From the NCBI RefSeq assembly GCF_018350175.1, contig NC_058368.1, positions 191,148,001 through 191,212,000 on the forward strand: 64,000 bases of DNA, given 5' to 3'. Position 1 is the stretch's first letter; each line of letters begins with the position of its first letter. Positions 51,672 through 64,000 of the stretch are shown here, piece after piece. The DNA comes from Felis catus. Its lineage: Eukaryota. The notes beneath the pieces are model-generated. The model was not told the DNA's origin. It ran no database searches and saw nothing but the letters and a program-made list of their open reading frames with translations. The translations under genes were made by a program, and so were the position numbers.

Positions 51672-52545
51672 AGTCACTCCCTCTTCCCTGTCCCTCCCCC
51701 ACTCACACAGTCACTCTCTCTAAAAAATAAAATGTAAAAAAGTAAAGAATTCTTATAATAATTAAAAAAGACAATGCAATTAAAAATTGGACGAAAGACT
51801 TCGACAGACCCTTTACAAAAGAGATACAAATGACCAAGAAGCAGAAGCTTAAGTGCTTAACATTATTAGTCAACACAGAAATGCAAGTTAAAAGGAGGTA
51901 TCATTTCACGTTAACTAGAACAGTTAAAATTAACAAGGCTAAGAATACAATTGTTAGCCGACAGAACAACTGGATCTCACGCATCTCTTGTGAGAATAAA
52001 AAGTGGGAGTGAAGTACATTGAAGAACAATTTGGTGGTTCCTTATAAAAGTAAATATACACATATCCCATGACTTAGCAATTCATTCCTTTATATTTACC
52101 CTACGAAATTAAGATTTATCTCCCAAGATTGGTTCACAAATGTTCATAAGAACCTGATTCCTAATATTTCCAAAGTGATATCAGCCCAGACATCTACCAA
52201 AGAAAGAACAAGATAGGATATATTCATACAATGATACTGATGAGAAATAACAGTGAACAATCTACTAATACACCTAAAAACATGAGTATTTCCCCAAATC
52301 ATCACACTGAATGAAAGAAGCAAGAGACAAGAGAATATTGCATAAATGGCCATTTTTAAGAAATACTGAAGGTGGAGATTACTGTTGCCTCAGAAACATG
52401 AGGAGGGAAACATCAGGACTGATGAAACTTTCTAGTGATACAAATGTTTCAACATCTTGATTGTGGCTGTGGTTATAGGAATGTGTATGTTCAAAATCCA
52501 AACTATTCACTTACAATATGTTATCTCAGGAAAACGGATTTTAAA
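51200..52545 (+). mobile_element. Ancient L1M: ORF2 3' part and 3'UTR
   Basis: CCTAAACGTAAAAGCTAGAGCCATAAAACTTCTGGAAGAAAAC...ACATCTTGATTGTGGCTGTGGTTATAGGAATGTGTA. Confidence 0.8.
51498..51745 (+). mobile_element. Old Can-SINE nested in L1
   Basis: GAGCACCTGAGTGGCTCAGTCAGTTG...GCTCAGGTCATGGTCCCAGGG head, CT tract and A tail. Confidence 0.9.
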
Positions 52546-52850
52546 AAAGGAATGGGGAGAGTGAGTTAACTATTTTATTATAGATAAACTTTCCTCTGTT
52601 TTACAGTGTAGTTATCTTACATAAGGGTTAGAATACAGAACCCGTATTTGAGGCGAAATTCATTTACAGTGAAAATAACCCTTGGAATGCCAGTAGAAAA
52701 GTGTCCAATATTTCACAATAAATATATCACAAAGGTCTTCCTCTAGGGAAGAAATCAAATTGAACACAATATGAAATAATTACCTAATGTATTTTTAGAA
52801 GTCGAGTTATATTCAATACAAGGAGATGGCCACCCTCTGAAAACCATGAA

Positions 52851-53068
52851 GGGCACCTGGGTGGCTTAGTTGGTTAAGCATCTGACTCTTGATTTGGCTC
52901 AGGTCATGATCTTGTGGTATGTGAGATGGAGCTCCGCTTAGGCTCTGAGATGACAGGAGGGAACCTGCTTGGGATTCTCTCTCTCTGTCTCTCACTATCT
53001 CCCTGACCCTCCCCTGTACATGCTCTCTCCCTCTCTCAAAATAAATAAACAAACATTAAAAAATAAAT
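52851..53068 (+). mobile_element. Can-SINE
   Basis: Flanks AAAACCATGAA and AAAATCATGAA. Confidence 0.92.
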
Positions 53069-55199
53069 AAAATCATGAAAGAAGTGAGATTTAATAAATT
53101 AGCAAATATGTGCCCCATCTCACGGTCAGCCTAGAACATGCTCTCATTGAGAAGAATGGTTAAATTATTTTTCTCAATATTCTGACCACACATAATTGAA
53201 TTGAGGTAAGTATAATGTACATACTCTATAGCACTCTTTTATGTTCAAGTCTTACTACTAGATTCTACCCATGAATAAGATGGCTACCTGGCTGGCCATT
53301 CTATGGGTATGACAGAGCCACAGCACTGCCTGGGTTTCCTCAAAGCTGGACAAGCAGGAAATTCATCTCAGGCTTAGGATGCCCTTGAAAGGTTTAAGGC
53401 CTAGGATGCCTTCCTAGGACCTTAAAGGTTCCTTCCTAGGACACCCATCCAATTGAAGAGCTCTACATAGGAAGCTCACTCAGTGTCTTCAGAAAGGATC
53501 CTTTCCAGTTTGTTTTGCTTAAGGTTAAAATGATTTTATCAGCTCTGTTAATGAGAAGCAATAGAGAAGAGACAAACCAGAATTCACACCACAGGCAGAT
53601 TTTTAATTATGCCCTTCTTTTCCCTTCTTTCCTCCTTTATGCCCGTACTTTGGCGTATTTCCCATTTTTAGAGCTCTACTGAGCGTTTTCTTCTGATATC
53701 TTTACTGAGCTATGTTTTATATATCAAAACACTGCATTTCCTTTATAAATCTTCCAAAGATATTTTGAAGTTTTATATACTGTTTGTCCCTTCTCCCATC
53801 CTTTTTCCCAATTGGGGTTTAACTATATAGAGGGAAGCAGACACATTTGCTTGAGTTCAATCCTACAGCTTCCAGTAAAACCCTAGATATCAATGTTGTG
53901 AATATCATTAAATGCCAAAGATTACTTCTGGTGGCTTTCTATGTTTATTATCCCTCATATAGGTCACATACTTGCTTTTATGGGAACTTGGCCTCTCTTT
54001 CTATTTTATGTGTGTATTTTCACTCCTAAAGGAGGAGGAGATTAAAGCCACAAACTAATTACCTAGGGTGAGAACACTTTCTACATAAATATAGGTTGAG
54101 TTCTGAACTTTTAATCCATTGATGGGGTTAAGTGGATACAAACACATTCTGAAATTACATAAGCACCATCTATATTTACATGTGGTCATTGTTTGGGGGA
54201 TGAAATTTTGTGGCTTAATCATAGTCATGGATAGAAGGTAATGTGATTGAAGAAAGATGTCAGAAAATTAGTGACTACAATGAATGGATTATATTTCTGT
54301 TTCTGGGGGAGGGAGCTTTTATCAGCTTTATTATAGTTATAAATCAATTTTTCATCAGACTTTCCTATATTCTTTGTTAGACCCACAATAATGACATCAA
54401 AACGTTATTTGCAGATGAGACCATCACCTGTCAGAAAACACAATCAAGAGGTCTCTACCACTAAATCTAGCCTCATGAGTCTAAAATATTTTGAAAACCC
54501 TCTGTTAAAAGAGTAATTTTTCTTCAAAAACCTGAATAATCTCCAGGGACATTAACATTGATTTCTATCAAATTCAAACTACAGAAACAGCTCTTCAGAT
54601 ATTCCAAATGTTGCACAAGTGCTTCTTGGCTTCTCAAGTCCAATGGAGCAAATTGACAGCTTGTTAAACTTTTCCCAAATCCTAAAACCTATAATCTCTC
54701 AAGGAAGAAGCTATGGTTTAGATACATGGAAGGCAAGGAGTAATTAAATGCATTCGGTCTTTAAGCAACTAGGTCCCAACCTTGCAAAGAGTAAATGGAA
54801 GCTCTGGAAAGGAAATCTCCCAGTCCAGAACTGGCAAATAGGTTTTTGTTTTTCCATGCTACGATCAGTTGTTTTCTGGAGTAATGTAGGATTCTAGGGC
54901 TCTGAGCTGGGATTGGTGAGTGATGTTTGCACAGGGCACAGGAAAGGACAGTTGGAGCACATGCAACATGGGCACCAATCCTGTAGTCAGAGTGAAGACT
55001 TGAGAAAGGCTGCCATGCATAGTGCTGTGTAAGAGAGACAAATAATCAGAGTCAGTAGTGTAGCTAGAAAGAAAATAATAGGAGACCTCCAAAAAAGATT
55101 ATATGGATGGAAAAATCAGAAGTAGATAGAAACCAACAACAAAAATAGAAAACAACCAAAAAGAAAATTTAGCAATCCAAAAGTAACCAATCATCCAGG

Positions 55200-55700
55200 A
55201 GAAACTGACCTATGTTTAAACTGAATCCATTCCATGATATACTTAAGCACCCTCTATCCATTCCCATGCCTGTTAAGTACTCACCATTTTATGGGAAGAG
55301 TTGGGAAGCCACAGATACATTCAGAAAAGCAAGGATGTATTCCACTGAAGGAGACTGATTTCCAAACACAAGCACAGTGACCTCTTTCATCCTAACAGTG
55401 ATAATGAAGGCTTGAAATAAAGTGCCAAGAAGTCAGAGAAGAACTAACACATGGCTCAGGGGAGTCCCAGAAGGCTTCCAGTGAATTGGATCTTAAAAAA
55501 TGAGTAACATTTCAGATTTTTTTTTGGTGGGGGAGTAGGGATGGCCACTATGGGCAAAAGGATCAGTAGGTACAAAGAAGTGGTGGTTTAAAAAGACAGA
55601 GCACATTTCTAGAAAAATGGAGAAGGTCACTGCAGCAGGTACAAAGGCTGGGGGTACAGAGAGGGTGAGCGAACAGCAGAAAGAGCTGCTGCACAGACAG
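55200..55700 (-). mobile_element. L2 fragment
   Basis: TACTTAAGCACCCTCTAT...AGTCCCAGAAGGCTTCC...GGATCTTAAAAAATGAGTA. Confidence 0.45.
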
Positions 55701-56646
55701 AATCGAGCAGGAAGATTGTGTATTGTACATCAAGGTCTTTGGACAGTTCTTCAGGGGGGATTTTCAAAGTATTTTCACAATTATTCCCATCTGATCCTCA
55801 CAACAAACATGGGATAGGCACAGATCGCCTTTGCAACTCAAGCTCAAGATCAAGAAAATGCTGGTGTGAACATTTGAAAAACTGTCATGAAAAAGAAATG
55901 GCAAAGTGGGGGGGTAGTTTTAGCAGCAAAGGGGAAGAAGAAGCAAGTGGAAGAGAAAGTCTTTCTGAGAAGAAAGATCATCAGTAGTTGCGAATTTGCA
56001 GTTCGTAGATTCCTAACCTAGGTTATATTTGCATAGTTATAAAAACACTGTGCCCAGTTGCAAGAAAAGTTAAAAGGGCCATTTTGTCATTGTCATTGTT
56101 GGTGAGAATGGTGGGCTTGTGTAGGTGTTTTAACCTGGCAAAGGAGACCTCAATCTGTACAAGATTCTGAACACGGCAACCACTCAGATTTTGTTAGTTT
56201 CAAAGGCCTTGGGTAAAATTCAGCTCAAGTAAACAGACAGACTGCAAAACATCATGCTCAAGGGGAGAAACACACATCTTTTCCTCAGCAACTGTCAAAA
56301 GGAGACTATTCCTAAAACAGTAGCTCTTTGAATTAGAAACAAAACATACAGGCAAAAAGGTGCTACCACATTGGGAAGCAGAATCAAAGAGCAGTGAAGC
56401 AGGTTTCTTGTAATGGGTAAGCTTCAGGGCAGGATGAAACATTCTGTGAATGGAGTTGGGCCCATTGAACATTTTAAGGGCCTAACCCAAAGATCAGAGA
56501 GTTTCTTATTCTACCAGGATGGTTTCCAGAAAGTTACTTAATATCTTGGTTCCTCAATTTCCCCCTCTGTAAAATATCCCAAAGAAGACTTTCTGAATGG
56601 TATTCTAACATCTCAGGGTATACAGTGAGAACAAAAATTCAACAAG

Positions 56647-59389
56647 TAGGTTCCCATTCAAGATGGTGACACAGGAAGATTCTGAACGTCCTGCCATGAA
56701 CACACGGAGTCTACAGCTACATACGAAACAATTTCCTCTTAAAATACCTACAGCCTGGCTGAGTAATGACTGTACATCAGGAAAATGAGAAGAAAACTAA
56801 GTGAAAGCCGGTCAGAGATGCTGAGACACTATCTCACCATCAACGCCATCCCTGGCACTGGAAGCTAACCCAAAACCCAAAGCTTCTCCCTGAGGAGCAA
56901 AGGATTCAAACTCTCCATCATGCACATCAACTTTCAAGACATGCACTCAAGAGTCAAGCCAAAAACATGTTGTTTTGAAATCCAACACGACTCATATCTA
57001 GAGACTCTCAAGAGAGTAGCATCTGAGAAACATCTCTTAAAGGGCCACAAAGTGGGCTCTGACTCACTTTCCCCAGGGCCCAACTCGGAGGCAGCTGATG
57101 GCACCTGGACTTCAAGTGAAGGAGGCTTACCTGCTTATACTAAAACCTTGAACTGGAGGGCAGACATCTAGTTTAACACACATGTCTGAGACGTGCTGGA
57201 AAACGCTCTGTGGATTGAGACTGGAAGGTTCCCATCTTTATGCTCTCCCTTTGCTGTGCTAGAGCACCCAGAAGGGAGCATTTTTCATGCAGCTGGTGCC
57301 CTGATTTTGGCAGCTGCTGCTCAGGGGACAGATTGTCTAGCACTGGATGCCATGGGGAGCTTGTATTCCTGGTCACATAAGAATATAATTTGCATCACCC
57401 AGAAAGGAGCTCATAACCCCTTCCGGCACCCTAATTTGTGTGACTGCTGCCAGGGGGCCCCTCTACATTGCCTACCTTGTGGCTAGTAGGGCTTATGCTT
57501 AGAGGTCCCCAAGGACTGTAACCAACAGAGAAAGAGCTCTTAAACAGCTGCCACCCCCAGGGCACACCAAGAGGCACCAGACCCATCAACCTGGTCTTTT
57601 CTGTGGAGGTCTACTGCTAATCATCATGACTGTGGTCTGAGGAACAGGCTTCTAATTAAACTCGCATCAAGGCCTTCCACAGACCTTGAAGGGTGGGCAC
57701 AATCTTCACGCTCACCTTGTTGTGTTCCAGAACACATCTATGGAAGGGGAGAGATCTGTCCGCATGTAGTGCCGGTTTTTTTCAGCTAACACCCAGGAGA
57801 CTCCTCTTGATCACTGGTCCTAGCGGTCAGAGGGGCTTGGATCCCTAAGTCCCACAAGACTATAGTAATCGGCAAGACGGTTCTTGGTAGGCTACTGCTC
57901 CCAGGGCAGTGCAGAGTGGACTGAGGCATAGCCACTAGTCTTGTTGTGAAGGAGGCTGTTTTCCTTGTGATGGAGCTTCAGATGCAGAGGCAGACTTCAG
58001 GTTTGGCACAACTGAGTGGCCTAGGGAGTTCCTCTCAAACAACCTAAGCTGTGGACACTGTCTTGGTAGCCCCTTGCTCGCTCCAGCTTGCCAGTATCTC
58101 CCGGGAAGGAGCTTAGGTACTAGTCTGGAGCCCCAATTCTTTGACTGCCACCCAACAGACACCTTGACATAGAGCTCGGTGATGATGTTTTCAAAACTAA
58201 CGCCAAGAACAAGTGCAGCAAAAGCAAAAACAAACAAGTACGATGACATCAAATTAACAATCTCCTACATAGCAAAGAAACCATCAACAAAATAAAAAGG
58301 CAACAGGCTGAATGGGAGAAAATCATTACAAATCATGTGACTGACATGGGACTGATATTCAAAAGAGATTTAAAAAAAAAAAACGTCTACAAATCAACAG
58401 CAAACACACAAAAAATCTCATTTAAAAAATGGGCTGATCTGAATAAACATTCTTCCAAAGACCTAGATGCCCAACGGGGGCATAAAACCATCCTCAAGGT
58501 CACTAATCATCAGGGAAATACAAATCAAAACCACAACAACATGACACCACCTCCCATCTGTTGGAATGCTTATTACCAGAAAGACAAGATACATCAAGCA
58601 TTGGTGAGGATATAGAAAAAAGATAACCTTTGTGCACTATTGATGGAAATGCAAACTGGTGCAAACTATATGGAAAACAGTATGAAAATTGCTCAATTAA
58701 AAATAGAAATACCAGGGCACCTGAGTGGCTCAGTCAGTTAAACATCCGACTCTTGGTTTCAGCTCAGGTCATGATCTCACAGATCATGGGATCGAGGCGC
58801 CGCATTGGGCTCTGGGCTGATAGCATGGAGCCTGCTTCAGATGCTGTGTCTCCCTCTCTCTCTGCCCCTTGCATGCTCCCTCACTCTCTCAAAAATAAAT
58901 AAGCATTAAAAAAGTAAATAAAAAAAAGAAATACCCTATGATCCAACAATTCTACTTCTGAGTCTATCTGAAGAAAACCAGATAATTGGAAAAGACATGT
59001 GCACCCCCCATGTTCACTGCAGCATTATTTCCAATGGTCAAGATAAGGAAACAACCCAAGTGTCAGTGGATACACAGATGAAGAAGCTATGGTAGCAATA
59101 CATAATGGAACATCACTCAGCCATATAAAAGAATGACATCTTGTCATTTGCAACAACGTGAATAGAGACTGAGGGCATTATACCAAATGAAAATGAGTGA
59201 GGCAGAGAAAGACAAATGCTGCATAATCTCACTTAAAAAATAACAACCACCACCACCACCACCACCCAAGCTCATGGAGAACAGATTGGCGATTGTAAGA
59301 GGCAGGGAGTGAGAGGTGGGAGAACGGTTGAACCGTTTTGTTTAGTTTAAATGAACCCAGTAAAAATGTGTAACAATTTACACAAAAAC
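56647..59389 (+). mobile_element. Older LINE-1 (carnivore/L1MA-type) with 5'UTR joined directly to the ORF2 3' end (large internal deletion); contains a SINE
   Basis: Starts with ...TTCAAGATGGTGACACAGGAAG and has ~1.5 kb of GC-richer UTR-like sequence with degenerate repeated units. From ~58163 it is homologous to the young L1 at ~16530 onward. Flanked by AAAATTCAACAAG (56634-56646) and AAAATTCAGCAAG (59390-59402). Confidence 0.8.
58714..58921 (+). mobile_element. Can-SINE nested in the internally deleted L1
   Basis: TSD AAAA(T/A)AGAAATACC at 58700-58713 and 58922-58935. Confidence 0.93.
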
Positions 59390-60929
59390 AAAATTCAGCA
59401 AGAAGTTTGGTGAAGAAGTTTTAAATTTCTTCGTCTCCAGCTGTTTGGACCTTCATATTCCATGTTTGAATTGAGCCTTACAGACAGGTGTCAAACATGT
59501 CCAGAGTATGTAGCTGTAATACCATTAATTACTCATTTATTTGAAGTGAAACTGGACTACTTACTGAAATTGAGAATATCTTTAGGCTTATGTGATCTGA
59601 ACCCCCATTTTCCATTTGAGGAAACTGAGAACCAATGGCAAAAGTGGGTAGGTGTCCTACAGATACCAAGTAGCAAACTCGGCAGGACGCCTCTGCTCAA
59701 GAATGTGGTTGGCATAAATTGCTTAAAGAAATAAAGCCAGCTTCAGAAAGCAACACTGTGGGCTCTCCAGCAAGATTCTCTTTCTTTCACAAGGAAGTAT
59801 CTCTGTGAATGCTTTCATTTCTGACAGCAAGATGTTTATTACCAGAGATGAAATGTTGATGCGTGATGAATGTTAAGGGCAATCCAATGAGAGCTGAAGC
59901 AAACCATGAGAAGGACCGTCAGAAGACTTGATAAGTTAGCCACCTTTCTGCTAATGTGCTGGGAGGCACACAAAATACAGAAACCACCATTTCCACTTCT
60001 GAAGGAAACAGGTAAGTGCCCAAGTGATCCACATCAATACTCACACTTGTACAAAAACCGGCATAAGAATTTATTGGGGAAAAATATTCCAAAAGGGAAA
60101 TGCATGTTTGTACACACACAGACACAAACACACACACATCACACACACCCTGACAATTTCTGAAGAGTTTTCCTAAGCCACCCACCTTCCCACACTTAGT
60201 GGTGACAATCAGAAACAATGACAAGAAACTATCCTCAAAAGCAGTTTTAAATTTCCCTTTCATAACGTCTTTCAGAAGTGTGTAGAGATTTTCTACTGAC
60301 AGAGGCAGGTGGTAATAAACTAATTTGTATTTTGTAGGAAAAGCACTGTTAGCTTGCACCTATTTGTAGTATGTCTGGATTTGAAATTTGACCATGGAAA
60401 TTGAGACCTTCAAGAGCACAGCTAAAATACAGACTGATGTCCAAGTGTCACACACACAAAAAATAATAATATGACAGTACCACAAAGCAGAGACGTACAC
60501 AGAGAAATTCAGCTCTTCAGTGTTCCCAAGATAATTAACCTTGCCGATATCCACTAGCCATGTTAAGCTTCAGATTCCCTTTCCATCACTCTGGACAGAC
60601 AAACTGTAACATGCACATGTAATGACAGCTCTCCCTCAATACAATTTCCTACATACTATTTAAACTTTTTTTTTTTTTGACAACAGGATCAACTTTTTCC
60701 AGAGTTTCTCAATTTTTATAATTCAAATGATCCAGTTGTTAGAAAACGACAGTAGTTTGCTTTCAGCTTTAGTTAAGTAGACACAGGAATACACACATTG
60801 ACTCAGAGAGGCCACAGTAAACGGAAGGTAATGCTAATTCTCTTACTCAGGAGGATCATGGCTCATGCGATCTTTAAACCAAAAACAGCAGCTTCATATT
60901 CATATAGATTAAAAGAAACCAACACATAC

Positions 60930-61140
60930 TAGCACTTTACAAGCATGATTTCACTTAATCGTCGCTGCAACTCTACCAAAAATACATGAGAATCGTCCCC
61001 ATCCCACAAATGAAGAAACTGAGGCTGAGAGCTAAGGGACTCACCACTGGTCCTTTGCTCAGAAAGAGGAGGAGCCCACACTTGACCCCAGGCAGGCTCA
61101 CTCTAGGGCTCTTGATTAAATGACAGTGCTTCTACCTGTC
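60930..61140 (-). mobile_element. MIR
   Basis: TCCCCATCCCACAAATGAAGAAACTGAGGCTGAGAG core. Confidence 0.7.
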
Positions 61141-61459
61141 GTTACATAGTGTTTTCTAAACCACATATTTTACACTTTGTGGTACTGCTTTACATTATGT
61201 TCCATAATCAAGAAGGATCACGCTGACAAAACAGGCCTTTTTTAGAATACTCTAAAGCAAGGACCCTTGAGGGTGCTAATACTATTTTCTATTCACTTTG
61301 TATACCCTCTCCCACAAAGTTATCAAGAAAATGACAAATTCATGTATTTAATAACTAGTGTCCTTCATTGGGCATTCTGGAAGCTTCTTCCAGGGGAAGA
61401 CTGCCTTCACAGTGGATCTAGAATTAAAATGGAGCCAGAGACACTTATGCTGAAGGCAT

Positions 61460-61667
61460 AACATGATGGCTAAGATGAGTTTTGGAGACAACAGGACCTA
61501 CCCTTGAATTCAGCTTCTGCAACCAAGCAGTAGGTCTTGGAGTTAATTATCATTTCTTAGGATGCACTTCCCCATCTGTCAATTAGGAAAAGTCACACCA
61601 AGCCTAGAATTGTTTCAAGGATTAAATGAGTCCACATACTAAAAATAGCACTTCTGACTAAGCGCTT
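61460..61667 (+). mobile_element. MIR
   Basis: TTCCCCATCTGTCAATTAGG...TTGTTTCAAGGATTAAATGAG. Confidence 0.6.
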
Positions 61668-61683
61668 AATAAATGGGAGTTTA

Positions 61684-61903
61684 GGGGCACCTGGGTGACT
61701 TGGTCGGTTAAGTGTCCGACTTCGGCTCAGGTCATGATCTCACGGTCCGTGAGTTCGAGCCCCGCGTTGGGCTCTGTGCTGACGGCTCAGAGCCTGGAGC
61801 CTGTTTCAGATTCTGTGTCTCCCTCTCTCTCTGCCCCTCCCCTGTTCATGCTCTGTCTCTCTCTGTCTCAAAAATAAATAAACGTTAAAACAAATTAAAA
61901 AAA
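61684..61903 (+). mobile_element. Can-SINE
   Basis: Perfect 16-bp TSD AATAAATGGGAGTTTA at 61668-61683 and 61904-61919. Confidence 0.96.
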
Positions 61904-61929
61904 AATAAATGGGAGTTTAAAAACAATAT

Positions 61930-63330
61930 TTTATGCATTTTTATGTACGTGATTTACCTATAATGAAATGCTTAGTGAATGTGCCATTTAATCAGTTTTG
62001 ATAAATGTTTGTCAAGACACAGAACCTTTCTGTCATTCCAGAAATTTCCCTCATGTACCATTCTAAATTAGGTAGGTAATCATATCACACCAGAACTGAG
62101 CACTGAACAATTTCTATCATTGGTGAGTTCTGATCATTCTACAACTTCACATAAATCCTAAAATAAGTATTTTTTGTTATTTAACTAATTTTAATCATGC
62201 TATTTTTGAGATCCATTCATGTTATTATGTTTATCTGTAGAATGTTCCTTTTTATCGCTAAATAGCATTTCATTTTCCAAATATACCAGAGCTGATCCAT
62301 TTTCCTGTTGGTGGACATCTGAGTCACTTTCAGCATGAAATTATTATTTAAAAACGCTGCTATTAACAGGTGTCAACAAAGGTGTTCAAGCCTTTTGAAT
62401 AAATATCTAGGACTAGAATATCTGGCCCTCCGGGAAGAGAGTTGTGTAACTTTCTAAGAAACTGCCAGATAATTCTTCCAAGTGGTTGGAACATTTTACA
62501 TATGAGAGCTCCAGTGGCTCATACATGAGGGAAATTTCTGCAGTGACAGAAGGTTCTGTGTCTTGAAAAACATTTGTCAAGACTGATTAAGTTTTGGTGT
62601 TGGCACGCCTTGAATCTTAGCCATTCTGACAGGTATGTAGTGGGATCTTACATTTTTAATTTGCATCAACCTGATGACACGTTATGTCAGATGCCATCGC
62701 TTCTGTTCATTGGCCATTCTATATCTTTTCTGTATGCTTTTTATGTACATGTTAGATATATGTGTTACAAATACGCTCTCCCAGTCTTGTGGGGCATCTC
62801 TTTATTTTCTTAGTTTTTTTCAGTGAATAGATGTTTTTAGTTTTCATGAAGTTCAGTGTATTTTTTCCTTCTTATGGCTGTGCTTTTGTGTCCTCTAAAA
62901 AAGAAAACCTGTCTTCTGAAGTTAGAAAGGTATTTTCATTTTTCTTCTACTATCTTTGTTGTTTTAGCTTTCATTGTTCAGTGTGCAATTTGACTCAAGT
63001 TGCTTTCTATGTACAGGACTAGGTGGGGGTTTAGATTCTTTATTTTTTCAAGTAAATATCCAGGTATTCCAGCACTATTTCTTAAAGCAGTTTTCTTATC
63101 CCCCTGAACTCATGTGGCGCTCTTGTTGAAGGCCAGCTGATTGCACATGTGTGGGTCTAATGTAGAATTCTGGTCCACTGATCCATTTATTTACAAGCAG
63201 CCAATCTAACATTACTTTTTATTATTATCTATTTTTTAACTTTTCCTTATGTCAGATGCAATAATTAAAGCCCAGTACACTTTGCTTTTGGCATTTGAGA
63301 AAGGTTTTAGTCTCTCTTTCAATGACATAT
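61930..63330 (-). mobile_element. Ancient L1M (3'UTR and ORF2 3' part, antisense)
   Basis: TTTTGAGATCCATTCATGTT, GAAACTGCCAGATAATTCTTCCAAGTGGTTG, TTAGCCATTCTGACAGGTATGTAGTGG and TTCCAGCACTATTT. Confidence 0.85.
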
Positions 63331-63475
63331 GGATGTATTTATAAATACATGTGTGTGAGTGTTTACATACACATATACACATACACTTAGGTGTACCAAT
63401 TTTCTGAGAGTGTCCCAGTTTTTAGACCCAAGATTTTCTAAACTCTTTTTTTCAGAGCTCAAGGAACAGGGTTAG

Positions 63476-63663
63476 CAGTGGTTTTCAAATTTTAGCAAGA
63501 CATATGAATTATCTTGAAGACTTGTTTAAACATAGATTCCTGGACCTCACTTTAAGATGTTCTGATTTAGTAAGTCTAGGGAAAGGCCTGAGAATTTGCA
63601 CGGCTCACAAGCTTAGGTGACGCGGATGCTGCTGGTGTCTGGGCTGCACTTTGAACAGCACTG
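63476..63663. mobile_element. hAT-Charlie MITE (MER5A)
   Basis: CAGTGGTTTTCAAA and TTTGAACAGCACTG TIRs; TTCTGATTTAGTAAGTCTAGGGAAAGGCCTGAGAATTTGCA core. Confidence 0.85.
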
Positions 63664-64000
63664 GTTTCAAAAAAAAATTAAATGGCTTTCCTAATGTTCA
63701 TACAGAAGCTTGATTTGCCTTTTCTAAAGTGTGTGACCACAGCCACTAATTTATACTGTCTTCACTTGAAAAGACATCTGAAAAATCTGCCGAACGCACT
63801 GGAGCATGGGAGCCAGGAAACATTATGGTAGATTGATGTACCAACACTGCCTCATTTCCTCCTTCCTTCCTGGAAATTCAATTTTGGTCTGTGAGCAGGG
63901 GCACGCACATACCTGCGCACGCTACAGCTGAATCTAGCCCCGTCACATCCCCGCACCGCAAAGCACATTCTTCTCCCTGTGGCCTCCGCCAACAATCAGA

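Noticed and set aside
53370..53445. Short degenerate repeats (TAGGATGCC, CCTTCCTAGGAC), with similar micro-duplications near 17728, 42354 and 44775
   Set aside because: Two-copy slippage duplications with no regular repeat-spacer structure; not CRISPR-like.
6962..61877. Recurrent peptides such as TSAQVMISRSVSSSP...SLEPVSDSVSPSLS, suggesting a gene family
   Set aside because: All are translations of Can-SINE bodies.
1..64000. tRNA genes, CRISPR arrays or prokaryotic systems
   Set aside because: The DNA is mammalian. The tRNA-like A/B boxes belong to tRNA-derived SINE heads, and no arrays or operons are present.

Overview
Mammalian, almost certainly felid, genomic DNA: it carries feliform-type Can-SINEs and a cat-type LINE-1. 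The window is AT-rich, repeat-dense and looks intronic or intergenic. No host protein-coding gene could be recognised. The main feature is a young, nearly full-length LINE-1 (11825-17683, +) with a perfect 17-bp target-site duplication (TSD) and intact ORF1. Its ORF2 is broken by one missing A, which leaves an EN-containing ORF and a separate RT-containing ORF. Also present are 18 Can-SINEs plus one tail remnant, an internally deleted but TSD-flanked older L1, ancient L1M/L2/MIR fragments, ERV1-type and MaLR LTRs, hAT MITE relics and microsatellites. I found no convincing new biological system. The best leads are the split-ORF2 L1, the 2.7-kb mini-L1, a target site hit twice (three TSD copies), a +/-/+ SINE cluster, several templated or inverted repair scars and some speculative exons. 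Subfamily names come from recalled consensus features, and boundaries of old repeats are approximate.
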